Numbered from the stretch's first letter, positions 24,001 through 33,701 are shown. The stretch: 64,000 nucleotides of DNA from Epithemia pelagica (GCA_946965045.2 OX337241.1:2046001-2110000); one strand, 5' to 3'. Numbers and translations: made by a program. The notes: generated from the letters alone by a model not told the origin.

Positions 24001-24464
24001 ATATATGGGGAGCAAAACTTGGAATTGCACACGACTGGGAAGCTTTATCTGGAGAGAAGATGTTGATAGTTGCAAGGCAAGAACTCAAGGAATCAGGTCA
24101 CATCTTGATTACGCACAAGGCCTCAAAGGGATTAAAATCTTCAGGAGCATGTTGGCGTGACTGTTCCTTTGACATCCCAATTGATATGGATTTGTCACCA
24201 ACTAAAGCAGATCCCAATGTTTGGATGAAGAAGGCACCTGGGGAGCTTAGCTCAAAGGGCATCGACAAGACCTACCAACTCAAGAATGATGACTATGAGA
24301 ACATCCAGGAGACATTCTCAACAAGCATTGCAAATTCTCGAAAGTATGGACCATGTTCAAGATCATATTCTTCTGGGGAGGAAACGTTCAGAAGCATGAC
24401 AAGGAAAATAACAATCCTCACTCGACAAATTGTGGGGAGTGTTAGGATTCTCACCGTTAACTAG
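21084..24464 (+). CDS. Degenerate, internally deleted gag-pol ORF (1126 aa, uninterrupted)
   Basis: Remnants of gag (LRLDDSWHGTTYQFLLHF), integrase (QNMAENRYQTVKR) and RT (KIRIHLVKHD, TKEPVE, GLKSSGACW, KADPNVWM). No YxDD, no RNase H, no recognisable protease. The stop lies in the 3' LTR. Confidence 0.8.
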   Translation: MDPTYPKTPSLPSDDSVPPDISDTQVFNHITQHLFECDEEQALHQWIKHSGFEHILNVIDYLAVNPEKNIKDLGQYKYGNKTMDLKTYTRHQLKILAHWSREQTSTLQQSDLPRSTWLNLTKANYDHWRINADFTKLRLNQGCISSFRLAKREVLRLNNYISNLRLDDSWHGTTYQFLLHFQHQFHLLDNLGSMFDHIPGHSTRMTFLMKAVEKVPDLRQVNILSGAKTLCYQSYFRLLLDVAYDHDQATRAPKSNRLKHTKQCDFQYDQDFDIKDLSPKEKHRMIKRTNVKTKESSSLRPKISLPRNLWSKLNDNSRQVIIAYNKSTQNASSTTACMEQTHTLDIDPEPDPDPGRAWIDDMIQDDSQDHQDNFFDLITRLVPQVVTNIDVNHPTSDLANLVSNTKATSIPNDCLENNNCKQKVEISRHLLSRMSTFSGDNQLTGYNHWYLDPMQDTAPSSRTVENDGNPNDAFGKYTNRVVCNLNLLLDLPYDHGPDTPSFFTPLLGEYCSKPYLQDQNMAENRYQTVKRTTYVVTVSGHIPLEILNGRPPGITHPLFFLIWDKAPYFTESYALSHRPYRPYPPSFVTTLGYWLVFAPPLGDTLSLDTPTLCYSAILHDAPTPPSNLCVDTSSGEESLPSEPNGKQADIVLISSKGEDPSTQIPMIKHDDTIGQPFLVYDPEENGEQRQPYNGEQPQPCLIRCVIDLEQDALKQEDCIKYTFCKSISDIDKIISYRHMEYIKQDNQAQETEDDVFQFRDVVADQEPSSISNNPDYKRSHCNILVDWETGEMIYEPPSLMVNDAYAKKHDLLNELGWKHLKRFVKTSKCLVQAAKQQSRIKQVCRSIKYKFGYQVSMTNEELVVLLDKQHGKRKWHNTTEVELFQASPIQSLTKVKDCVQAQFKRREMINASPEEYHKNKIRIHLVKHDDSRPALLITEEDFTKEPVEAIFLCTTSIHNFHTATCLGILNDMDIWGAKLGIAHDWEALSGEKMLIVARQELKESGHILITHKASKGLKSSGACWRDCSFDIPIDMDLSPTKADPNVWMKKAPGELSSKGIDKTYQLKNDDYENIQETFSTSIANSRKYGPCSRSYSSGEETFRSMTRKITILTRQIVGSVRILTVN

Positions 24465-25195
24465 GTGGTGGTGGAATCTACAACACATCGACTGATGCTA
24501 GTATTTTATGGCATCCGATGACATTTGTGTAAAAGTGAGAAAAGAATGACGGCATGCTCGCGGACCTTTAATTTTGGCCAAGGCATGCTCGCAATGCACG
24601 CGCTATCGGCGACCGCTCGGATATTGACTATGGCCCATCACGTGCGCGCCCAGTATTCTCAAGCGCGCGCAATCACGATCCGAGTGAGCACCTCCACGAC
24701 TTACCTCAACGACCTAAGTAATCAAAGCACGAATCACGATCACGCGAGACCATATTTCCATTCCCACAATTCCAAGAATGCAATCAACAACGCGCCAAGA
24801 AAACTACCTATATCACAACAAAGCAAGAGCTGTTGGCATTGGTATATGATATACAACTGCATATACTTTCAATACAACAATGCAGGTCTACTCCAACCAT
24901 TTGAGGACCTATCACACCAGATCCATGGCCGTATACAAGAGCCAGGACCTCGACCTTCATCAAACACCTTAGTTAGTAATCATCTCACAATCATTAATAT
25001 CACCATTTTAACACTCATATGAAGACTAACCTCTTATCAGTGGACCGACTGCCCCCACCCACGGCGGACTTCGACTTGCAACTCTTCTCTGACCCGTGGA
25101 GGATTGTTGTATCGGTTGGTGATCGATTGTCGGCTCAGCGAGCCTTTTACCCAACTACCTATTACCCTTCTGAATTCTCAATGAGAGTTCTGCTA
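24440..25195 (+). repeat. 3' LTR (756 bp, missing terminal GATTAACA)
   Basis: Matches the 5' LTR apart from two substitutions seen by eye (tattaag/tatgaag; actttgac/acttcgac) and the 8 missing terminal nt. Confidence 0.97.
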
Positions 25196-25363
25196 CTGCC
25201 TCACTTCCGAAGTTACGTGGAGCGCGGGGACATTACCATTCACGCCATCCCAACTACGGAACAATTGAGCGACTACTTGACAAAGCCCCTGTCCCAATCG
25301 ATGCTCAAGCCATTGCGCAAACAAGTCATGGGGTGGACGACAACAATTGTGCGCGAGAGGGAG
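25196..25363 (+). mobile_element. Old Copia element, RNase H C-terminus and PPT, part 3
   Basis: (KL)PHFRSYVERGDITIHAIPTTEQLSDYLTKPL..RKQVMGW continues RTKHLNVKL from 19823; purine tract GAGAGGGAG precedes the LTR. Confidence 0.95.
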
Positions 25364-26675
25364 TGTTAAAATATTGACAATATTGCCTCGCGTGCTCAAC
25401 GGTCACAACTTATGCGCTATACAATTTTTGGGGGAAGTTCACACGACCCCTGAAAGATCCAATCATCCTAGATTCGTAAGATACCTACCCCCAAGCAGGG
25501 GTGAATAGTCGGGTCGCACATGTGTCGTGAATTCGATTTGCATAGTCTTATTCACCCCCACGGCGCGAGGGTCCAAAATTGGCGATTTCTCGACTTTGAC
25601 ACAAACCACCAAAACACACCACACATTCACCACGGAGCCAATCTTGAGAGTGTCATAACATCACCCATGAACGTTCAATCCTTCACCCAAGATGACCAAC
25701 ATGTCTCCCTTACCCCACCGGACCATCGTGAACCTGCGGTTGCCTCCGAAAATCGCCGCAACAAGTCTCTCCATGGTCTGCATACCACCACCAAGAACAA
25801 CCACACCAACGAGACAGATGGCCATCCTTTCCATCCATCCATGCAAGCTCTCCTTTTGATCCAACCATCCGCAAGCCTCCCTTGCACCTCCACAGACCAA
25901 ATGGAAGCTTCGCATTCGCTCGAAACCACAATCAACCAGGCTTTTACCGATTACAACGGCAAGACGACTCGTGCTTGGGGATTGTCTATTTGTTTGCTTA
26001 TCACCATCCATGTCATAAACTATGGTTGATTGTTGTGTTGTTGTCTTCGTCTTTGGGGAAGCTAGATGCAACAAACGAGAGGTGATTGCTGTGTGATCTT
26101 GGTGCTTCGTATCTTTGAGCTTAATTTGTGTTGTTGTGTGTGGAGAGCGAAGACCCCAATGTTGTTGTTGTTGTCGAGTGCTGAGGGCCTTGTTTTCCAT
26201 GGGATAAAGATAGGCCGGTGGAATCAACGAAGGAAGGAGAGAAAGGAAGAGGGGGAACATCGTCGATGCCTGATAGAAAGGAATAATGGGTGAGAAGAAG
26301 GTTGTTTTGGGCGATGCTTCTGTTGCTGCCTACCATGGACCTTGGTAAGCCAATGTCAACCTTTCCGCACCACCATCGAGTCATACAGTCCACATGCGCC
26401 TTGTTTTGGATGATGGTGGCCTTTGGGCAGTGATGATGGGCCATGGACGATCGCATCACCTCCAGTGCCGTGGTGAATGCGCGGAGTGGTTGCGAGGATT
26501 GTGTCAAAGTCGAGAGCGCAAGGGACGCGCCGTGGGGGTGAGAAAGACTTTGCACACCAGAATCGAATCACTAAACCTCATGACTCACCCCCGCTGGGGG
26601 GTAGTAAGATACCTTATAATCTCTTTTGCCACCTGAGTCCAACTCATCTACTTGGGCCGTAGGAGGGTTTTCACA
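25364..26675 (+). repeat. 3' LTR of the old Copia (~184 bp net), split by a MITE
   Basis: Starts TGTTAAAA right after the PPT and ends TTTTCACA (7/8 inverted match). Segments 25364-25484 and 26613-26675 rejoin across the TSD. No 5' LTR was found in the window. Confidence 0.75.
25485..26604. mobile_element. Non-autonomous TIR element (MITE-like, 1120 bp) with ~110-120-bp imperfect TIRs
   Basis: TSD TAAGATAC at 25477-25484 and 26605-26612. Ends are CTACCCCCAAGCAGGGGTGA and TCACCCCCGCTGGGGGGTAG. Inner inverted blocks tcacccccacggcgcg and ctcgactttgacacaa occur at both ends. Confidence 0.9.
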
Positions 26676-27049
26676 AATGCAGCAACTTACCGGTATCTGG
26701 AGAACAACCAACTAAGGGAGACAATGAGATGTGTCTGTGAAACAAAACAAATAATGAGAGATGAAGGACAGTCCTAACAAAAACAAAAAAGAGACTCACC
26801 AATGAGTTGGAAGGGGAACTGCATTTCTCATACGTATGCTTGGCTTCAATCGTGGTGGTGTAGCAGACTAGAGCGTTCAAGTTTCATTTCCTAAACTTCA
26901 TCTCCTAAAAATGTAGGCACCGAAGTTTTGCCTATCTTACACGATGCCCAAAGTGCCCACCAAAGTTTAGGTATACCCTCTCCAAGAAACTATGCATGCT
27001 ACCATAAATGAGTATGTGACACAGTTGAACAGTGAACGTAGCTTGACAA

Positions 27050-29797
27050 ATGCACGTCGACAACTCCACCGTCAACGTTTCACTCCCCCGCTCAGGCACA
27101 CACCCGCCACCAACGACGAACCAAGAAACAACAACCAGGGCCACCGCCAAACAAATCGACGACATGGCCAGCAAGACACCAAACACCAAGCCCTCCATCT
27201 GCCCACCCATCTGCCCACCACCGGCAAGAATGACCGGTCAACTAGATCAAGCCCTTCAACGAGTCATTGCTCAGTTACAAATGACCCGGCCAACAAACCA
27301 ACCAAAAGGACTCGGCCACAAAACCAGTGAAAACCGAGTTTTTCACCCCAAGCTCTCAGCCGAAGCACCAACCGACCAGCCAAACTACCACCAACACCCG
27401 AAGATGCAAGTCCATTCGAAGCCCTCCTCCGGCCGCCGCCAGACCCGCTCCAAAAGCAACTTGACCGCCCTCAGTCCGCTCCCCCTCGTAGACACCAAAC
27501 AGCACAGCACCACCGCCGTCACCCCCGACCGCCGCAACATCAACAAAGAAAACAAAAAAACAAACAAAAAAACCACCGACGAACCCACCACCGACATCCA
27601 CACCGAGAAAACAACAGTCACCACCCACGACACCAACGAGAAAAACACCAAAAACAACACCAACAACAACAACGACAAAACCACGGAGAAAACTAACACC
27701 AACAACAACCAAGACGGAAACGAACAAAACACGTACGGACACACGGAAGAGGAGACTCAGCCAACAACAAAGAACAAAACCAACCACGACGATACCACCA
27801 CCACCGTCAACAACGAACCAGGATCCAACAGCGAAGCAGGCACTCCAACAGCCAAGAATCCATACCTCCAACCCAAAACCGGAACAAAACGTCCCCCGTC
27901 GCCGGAACCAAAGACGCTGATTCACCTCCATGTGGCGGTGAACCACCACCAAAACCCCCAAATTGAGTCTACCCTTCCTAGACTTACGGAACAAGCCATA
28001 AAGACGCATCTCAACGAAGTCTTTTTCCATCATAGCAAACGGGAAGAGCCCATGTGGCTCCAGGTCCACTCCGTGGACTTTCTCGAGACCAAGCAATCTG
28101 GATCACGCCAATTCAGGTCGGACAACCAGACGAGATCCACCAAAGGAAGCGGACACACCTCCACCTTCCATGTCACCCTTTCCCCGGCTCCAGCAAACGA
28201 CGTCTTTGACACCGAGATTTTTACCGAGCAAGGCCTACGTTTCGTTCTCCAAATGTGGCACAAACACCACAACGACGATTTTGTGTACGACGAGTTCGAC
28301 TCACAAACCGTTCTCCGGCCAGGCACCAAACAATCCAATCCTACGATTAACCCCCGTTGGGACCAAATCAACGTGTACCAACCTGCATGCAACAACAGGA
28401 CGAGCGACACCTTCGGCATTGTCGTCGGTGTGCCAGCTCAAACAATCAAACATCGACGGGCGGCCCTGGATCTGACTGGCGACATCCAGAACACCCTAAC
28501 CCCCCATCTACCGCGCAAACTGAACTACCTGGATTTCTTCAACCACGTGGGATGCCGCACAGGAACGTTCAGCGGGGAACTGAAAAACAAACAACGTGGC
28601 CAAGTCCCGGCCATTTACATCACGGCTTCGTCGCGAAACAACTTCGAAGCCCTGCTTCGAAGCTACAACGCCTATCAGGCAGCAAATCGAAACACCGAAC
28701 TCAAGTGGAACCACAACAACATCCAAATCATCCCGATGCCAACAAGCCAAGCCAATCGGACGGCAACATTGGAAGCACTGAAGGATATCGACCAATTTTT
28801 CGGGGCCTGCGTTCGGATCAAACTGAAACCGACAAACCCAGAAGCTACCGACGGCGACTGGAAGCGACTACGACACCTACGTGAATTCGTGGCCGTCTTT
28901 CCCGAATTCAACAATGAGGACCCAGACACGCAGTATTACACGCTATATTTGCGGAAGACGCCTGATACTCATTTGCTCACCACCAACACGATTAGACAAC
29001 ACCCCGACTTCCCGGAAAACATCTTGCTCCCCACCCTGGCAGCAGTAGCAGCGACACCTCCGAGACAACAAACCACCAACCAAGACCCGACAACTCCTTC
29101 CTCATCAAGTCATACAAACAAACTCCTGGCCTTCACGAACCGGCTGCTACGCCGAAAACACAACAACTTGGAAGACAACACGGATGAGACTGACACCGAC
29201 GTTCTCACAACACCAACAACCAAACCAAAGAATCCCAATAGCCCACCGACCAACAAGCGTAGCGCCTCCGCTATGCAACCAACCGACGAAGAAGCAAGCG
29301 ACCCCTACGACGACGGAACCGATTGGACACCAGTGGCAGCCCAAACAAACCAAAACCACTTCGCGGACCAAACTTCCCAAAACGACGACTCGAAACCTCC
29401 GGCCAAACGGAACCAATTCGCCGCACTAGCGGAACAAACCGAAGACGAACAAAACAACGACGACCTGATGGACACTGAAGAATCAGACGACCACTCGCGG
29501 GCACTCATTGGTAGTGACGACAACCTAGACCCAGGAGAGGGCGACAACGAATTCTCTGCAACGACCATGCAAGAAATCGAACTCATTTTCAAGTACGTTG
29601 CACACAACAACCCTTCCCGCATCGAAGAAATGCGACAATTTTTAGAAAGAACAAAGTCATTTACGAATGACACAGACGCGCAAGATGCTTGGAGGTTTGC
29701 GCAGACTTTGGTACAGTCTGGCAACCCCAACATCGCCGACTCGCGCACCGGCCATGTGGTCCCGCATGAAGATAGGGCCAAAGGGCCACATGAGTAA
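27050..29797 (+). CDS. ORF1 of CRE-like retrotransposon (up to 915 aa)
   Basis: Long open frame with a Thr/Asn/Lys low-complexity N-terminus, a structured-looking centre and an acidic C-terminus. Its stop overlaps the ORF2 start. An alternative ATG lies near 27164. Confidence 0.75.
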   Translation: MHVDNSTVNVSLPRSGTHPPPTTNQETTTRATAKQIDDMASKTPNTKPSICPPICPPPARMTGQLDQALQRVIAQLQMTRPTNQPKGLGHKTSENRVFHPKLSAEAPTDQPNYHQHPKMQVHSKPSSGRRQTRSKSNLTALSPLPLVDTKQHSTTAVTPDRRNINKENKKTNKKTTDEPTTDIHTEKTTVTTHDTNEKNTKNNTNNNNDKTTEKTNTNNNQDGNEQNTYGHTEEETQPTTKNKTNHDDTTTTVNNEPGSNSEAGTPTAKNPYLQPKTGTKRPPSPEPKTLIHLHVAVNHHQNPQIESTLPRLTEQAIKTHLNEVFFHHSKREEPMWLQVHSVDFLETKQSGSRQFRSDNQTRSTKGSGHTSTFHVTLSPAPANDVFDTEIFTEQGLRFVLQMWHKHHNDDFVYDEFDSQTVLRPGTKQSNPTINPRWDQINVYQPACNNRTSDTFGIVVGVPAQTIKHRRAALDLTGDIQNTLTPHLPRKLNYLDFFNHVGCRTGTFSGELKNKQRGQVPAIYITASSRNNFEALLRSYNAYQAANRNTELKWNHNNIQIIPMPTSQANRTATLEALKDIDQFFGACVRIKLKPTNPEATDGDWKRLRHLREFVAVFPEFNNEDPDTQYYTLYLRKTPDTHLLTTNTIRQHPDFPENILLPTLAAVAATPPRQQTTNQDPTTPSSSSHTNKLLAFTNRLLRRKHNNLEDNTDETDTDVLTTPTTKPKNPNSPPTNKRSASAMQPTDEEASDPYDDGTDWTPVAAQTNQNHFADQTSQNDDSKPPAKRNQFAALAEQTEDEQNNDDLMDTEESDDHSRALIGSDDNLDPGEGDNEFSATTMQEIELIFKYVAHNNPSRIEEMRQFLERTKSFTNDTDAQDAWRFAQTLVQSGNPNIADSRTGHVVPHEDRAKGPHE

Positions 29798-32700
29798 TCC
29801 AACCACAAAACCACCCAAACACTGTCCCGTGCCAGATTGCCCGTGGAAAGTGCCCCCATTGACAACCAACCCCCAAGCATCACTCAAACAACACCTCATC
29901 ACCGAACACAATGAAACCCATCCATCGGATTACCTCACCCCAACCCTATGCACCCAATACGGCCTCCATCCATGTCCGACATGCGACACTCCCACTGCCA
30001 TCTTCGCCACCGAAGGCCACCTTAGAAAACACGTAACAAAAAAACATAGTAGGTCAAAGACGAACATCGACTTAGTCCTACAAACCTACCGACATTCTAC
30101 ACCAGAAACAACGACAAACTGGAAAAACAGCCTAGCTTATATCCACAAACTACAAATATCCCCACCGCCCTTCCGTCGGAGCCTCTGGCACAAGCTTAAG
30201 CCACCGCTCAGGGCTGAATTTTATGCCACCTACAATAACGTGACCAATTGGGTACTTGAAGCCACATCGCCGCTTGCGCCAACCATTCTGAAAGACGAAC
30301 GGCCACCCGCCTATAACGTCGACGCCACCCCATTCTGGAAACTGCTCATCCTCCTAGAGCCGTTGCTCCTTGCACCTATACAGGGCACAGTGCACCTCAC
30401 CCATTCGAACGCGTTCCGAGCAAGACTTTCGCTGCTGAAAGCAGGCAGGATTGAGGAACTCCATAACATGATATGGAACCCAACACCTTTGCCAAACACA
30501 AGAACAACAAACAACAAAAAGAAGCGGCAAAACCAAAAAAACAAACAACAACACCAGCCGACTGACCCATTGCCTTCATGGCGGCTAGCCTCCGCGCAAC
30601 AACTGGCAGACTTAGGCAACTACCGAGCAGCAGTGAAAAGACTCACAACCAACACACCACCTGCAACCTTGACAACGGCACGAATCGACAGATGCCAAAA
30701 ACAACTCTTCCCTGAAAGACGACAGCCCCCGCCGGCGACAAGAGCTCACGGTCACACAAATATGCCTCCACCGGCAGCACAATACCTGAAACTACAAGAT
30801 AAACAGTTTGAGTCAGCACTCCGACAAATGAAACCAGGCACGGCCTCAGGACCGTTCGCCACGTGCACAGACATCCTCGTGTCTATGGCAATATACAAAA
30901 CAACAAGCGCACCCGACGCAACACGGCCATACTTTCACAACATAAAAGCCCTGATCCAACTCGTGGTGACAGGACAAATACCAACCTCTGTACAACAAAT
31001 CCTCGCAAGCAATTATTTCCTTGCCTTACACAAGGACATGGCAAACCTGGAAAGACTGCGACCGATCGGCATCGGCACAGCCATACGAAGAGTAGCGGCC
31101 AAAGCCGCTCTGGTGCATCTCACCGACGACATTCGCCCCCTCCTCTTGAAAGGAGGCCAATACGGGATACAAGTCCCCGGGGGGGTTGATTTTGTGGCCC
31201 AAACAACCGCAATGGCGGTTAAACAATACATTGACAAGACTCATGATCTGGAAAACGATCTGGAAAACAACACAACAGAAAACAACACAACAGAAAACAA
31301 CCAGCCAACCACATCTCCAAGCCGGGCTCTCGTCATGCTAGACCTGGCAAACATGTTCAACAATGTCAGCCGAACCGAAGCAAGAAAGATTTTGTTAGAG
31401 AACGAAGCGACAACACAATTGGTCCCCCTTTTCGACCTACTAACCAAACATACCTGTAACCAATGGTACTTTGATGACAACAAAGCGGCCAACTACCTCA
31501 CACAAACTGAAGGGTTTCCACAAGGCTGCCCACTCAGCCCTCTCTTCTCATGCCTGGTATTACTAGCGCTGACGAACAAACTCAACAACGAACAAGCAAA
31601 AAGAGCACAACTCAGACTGCGCAACAACGACCCCAACGACGACGGAATGGGCGGCATCGGCCACACCGCATCCATCATGGATGATACATCGGTATGCCTG
31701 CCACACTGTGACATACCATGGTTTCTTCAACGCTTCGAAGAGCTTGGCAATCCCCTAGGAATTGTTTTAAACAAATCAAAAACGACCATCCTCACCTCCA
31801 CCAACGGACACTCCCCGTCCAACCTGAACGACAACCAAACACACTGCCTCAATCAAGCACTATCGTTTCTGTCGCCCGATGACCCCTCAAAAGCAGAAAT
31901 AACAAGCGGTGTGAGATTCCTCGGTCAACCAATCGGATCTACTGCCTTTGCACGACAGTACATCAACAACAAATTACAAGGCATGCAACACAAAATGAAC
32001 TGCATTCTCCAACTCGACGACCTCCAAACACAGCACAATCTCTGTAAATTTACGCTGGTCTCCGCAATCCTGCACCTGCTACCGACCGATGTCAACCTAG
32101 CATACAAGCAGACCAACCCAAGAACGACCCTCTGGTCCAGTCCAACAACAACACAGACAGAACAACTGATCACATATTTCCTGGCAAAACTCACCTCCCT
32201 ACCGGAAAATGAAATCTCCACGTCCTCAGCACTCATCGCCACGATCCCTCAACGACTAGGGGGACTCGGATACCAACAGGCAGCGGTGGCGGCCTATCCT
32301 CGTCTGCTGACACAAACAGCACGGGCGATAGCTCTGGCAACATCAACCGACACTCCAATCCCACTCGTTCACCAACGAGAACTGTCGAACTGGAAAGAAA
32401 GTACCAACGAATATATGACAACCTTCCGTAAGACTCTGTCACTTTTCGCAAACGAATACGCAGAAGAGAGCTTATACGTACCAACGAGGTATGATCACAC
32501 AACACACAATCGCCTTTTAAACCACACTGCGCAAGAACACACAATCCCAAAACTATTCACAGAGACCGACCCAAAGCAGCGAATCTTTTTGCCCGGCTTA
32601 CTTTCGCCCCTAACGAGTATGGCTCTCTCTCTTCCACTAACCGCAACCAAATTCCGTTTCCCAAACAGTGTCTTCCGAACCGCCATCAAACGGAAATTAA

Positions 32701-33701
32701 GATTGCCTTTGTTCGTCCGAGACCCCACACAATCCTGGCCCCAACGATGTCGCTGCTCAGCCACAAAAGAGATCGACCCAATGGGTGACCATCTGTACTC
32801 CTGCACCTCTGCTTCCAAAACACCTCTTTCAAATGCCATCAGAGACACACTCTATGACATTCTCCGCCAAATCGCTCCAGCAGCTGAAGCCGTCGACACT
32901 CCCCATGATGTCCACATCGAACCCCCAGGTTTGACACCACAACACCAAAGAAACATTAGACCAGCAGACGTCGGTATGCTCCTGTCCAAGCCGCACAAAA
33001 ACTCACCGTTTCAATACGTCGCGATTGACATTACTATCCCACCTCCCCAGCAACCCCAAACCATTCTTGACCCGTCCGACCACAACACACTCGCCACTTT
33101 GGCATCTAGGACGCATCAAGAAGCGGCAAGGGCCAAGTTTTGCCGAGACCCCGAGACATCCAAACACCTTCTCCACAATGGCATATACCTTCTACCTTTT
33201 ACGGTAGACCATCTTGGAGCACTTGGTTCATTTGCCGACCGTCTCCTTTTTCCATCAATTTCTCAACCACATTTGTTCTCAACGACACAACCACCACCTT
33301 GGACCAACGCCTTCTTCGGAAAAGACGAAAAACGAAGCAAAGCACATCCTGCGGCATACAGACTCTTTCAAGAAGCGTCAGACGCACCAAGCAACCTCTT
33401 TACCGCCGCCAACAGCAAAACAAAAAAATTCTCTTACCCAGAAGCCCATATCTACTCAATCGGGCACTATGCAAAAGCCTCCCTTGGCCATGCAATCGTT
33501 TCGGCACTGGCAACTCATGCCAATACCAACATCGCCGCAATACGACAACACCAAACAACACGAAAAACGAGAACCACTCAGTTGCAAAATCTGGCTACAC
33601 CATGTTTTGCTCCGGTCACTCCCATCTACTCCCCCGCACCTCTGGCACAGTTCCTCAATGTCACGGACGAAACACCCCTCCTTTGCGTACCCACCGCTTA
33701 G
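29790..33701 (+). CDS. ORF2: reverse transcriptase with restriction-like endonuclease (1303 aa from ATG 29790)
   Basis: Two C2H2 fingers (CPVPDC..HLITEH; CPTC..HVTKKH), RT motifs (LRPIGIG, QYGI, LDLANMFN, GFPQGCPLSP, IMDD, RFLGQPIG), CCHC (CRC..HLYSC) and RLE (RPAD..AIDITI). Confidence 0.92.
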   Translation: MSNPTTKPPKHCPVPDCPWKVPPLTTNPQASLKQHLITEHNETHPSDYLTPTLCTQYGLHPCPTCDTPTAIFATEGHLRKHVTKKHSRSKTNIDLVLQTYRHSTPETTTNWKNSLAYIHKLQISPPPFRRSLWHKLKPPLRAEFYATYNNVTNWVLEATSPLAPTILKDERPPAYNVDATPFWKLLILLEPLLLAPIQGTVHLTHSNAFRARLSLLKAGRIEELHNMIWNPTPLPNTRTTNNKKKRQNQKNKQQHQPTDPLPSWRLASAQQLADLGNYRAAVKRLTTNTPPATLTTARIDRCQKQLFPERRQPPPATRAHGHTNMPPPAAQYLKLQDKQFESALRQMKPGTASGPFATCTDILVSMAIYKTTSAPDATRPYFHNIKALIQLVVTGQIPTSVQQILASNYFLALHKDMANLERLRPIGIGTAIRRVAAKAALVHLTDDIRPLLLKGGQYGIQVPGGVDFVAQTTAMAVKQYIDKTHDLENDLENNTTENNTTENNQPTTSPSRALVMLDLANMFNNVSRTEARKILLENEATTQLVPLFDLLTKHTCNQWYFDDNKAANYLTQTEGFPQGCPLSPLFSCLVLLALTNKLNNEQAKRAQLRLRNNDPNDDGMGGIGHTASIMDDTSVCLPHCDIPWFLQRFEELGNPLGIVLNKSKTTILTSTNGHSPSNLNDNQTHCLNQALSFLSPDDPSKAEITSGVRFLGQPIGSTAFARQYINNKLQGMQHKMNCILQLDDLQTQHNLCKFTLVSAILHLLPTDVNLAYKQTNPRTTLWSSPTTTQTEQLITYFLAKLTSLPENEISTSSALIATIPQRLGGLGYQQAAVAAYPRLLTQTARAIALATSTDTPIPLVHQRELSNWKESTNEYMTTFRKTLSLFANEYAEESLYVPTRYDHTTHNRLLNHTAQEHTIPKLFTETDPKQRIFLPGLLSPLTSMALSLPLTATKFRFPNSVFRTAIKRKLRLPLFVRDPTQSWPQRCRCSATKEIDPMGDHLYSCTSASKTPLSNAIRDTLYDILRQIAPAAEAVDTPHDVHIEPPGLTPQHQRNIRPADVGMLLSKPHKNSPFQYVAIDITIPPPQQPQTILDPSDHNTLATLASRTHQEAARAKFCRDPETSKHLLHNGIYLLPFTVDHLGALGSFADRLLFPSISQPHLFSTTQPPPWTNAFFGKDEKRSKAHPAAYRLFQEASDAPSNLFTAANSKTKKFSYPEAHIYSIGHYAKASLGHAIVSALATHANTNIAAIRQHQTTRKTRTTQLQNLATPCFAPVTPIYSPAPLAQFLNVTDETPLLCVPTA

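Larger units (their letters stand above)
19824..25195 (+). mobile_element. Young non-autonomous Ty1/Copia LTR retrotransposon
   Basis: Two near-identical LTRs, 5-bp TSD CTGCC (19819-19823 and 25196-25200), PPT TGTGGGGAG (24431-24439), and a decayed gag-pol ORF. Confidence 0.95.

Noticed and set aside
26676-26880. Minus-strand spliced remnant with a possible 6-nt microexon (ccag|ATACCG|gtaagt)
   Set aside because: Splice-like signals only, with no recognisable protein and no way to link it to 33713..34051. Needs RNA data.
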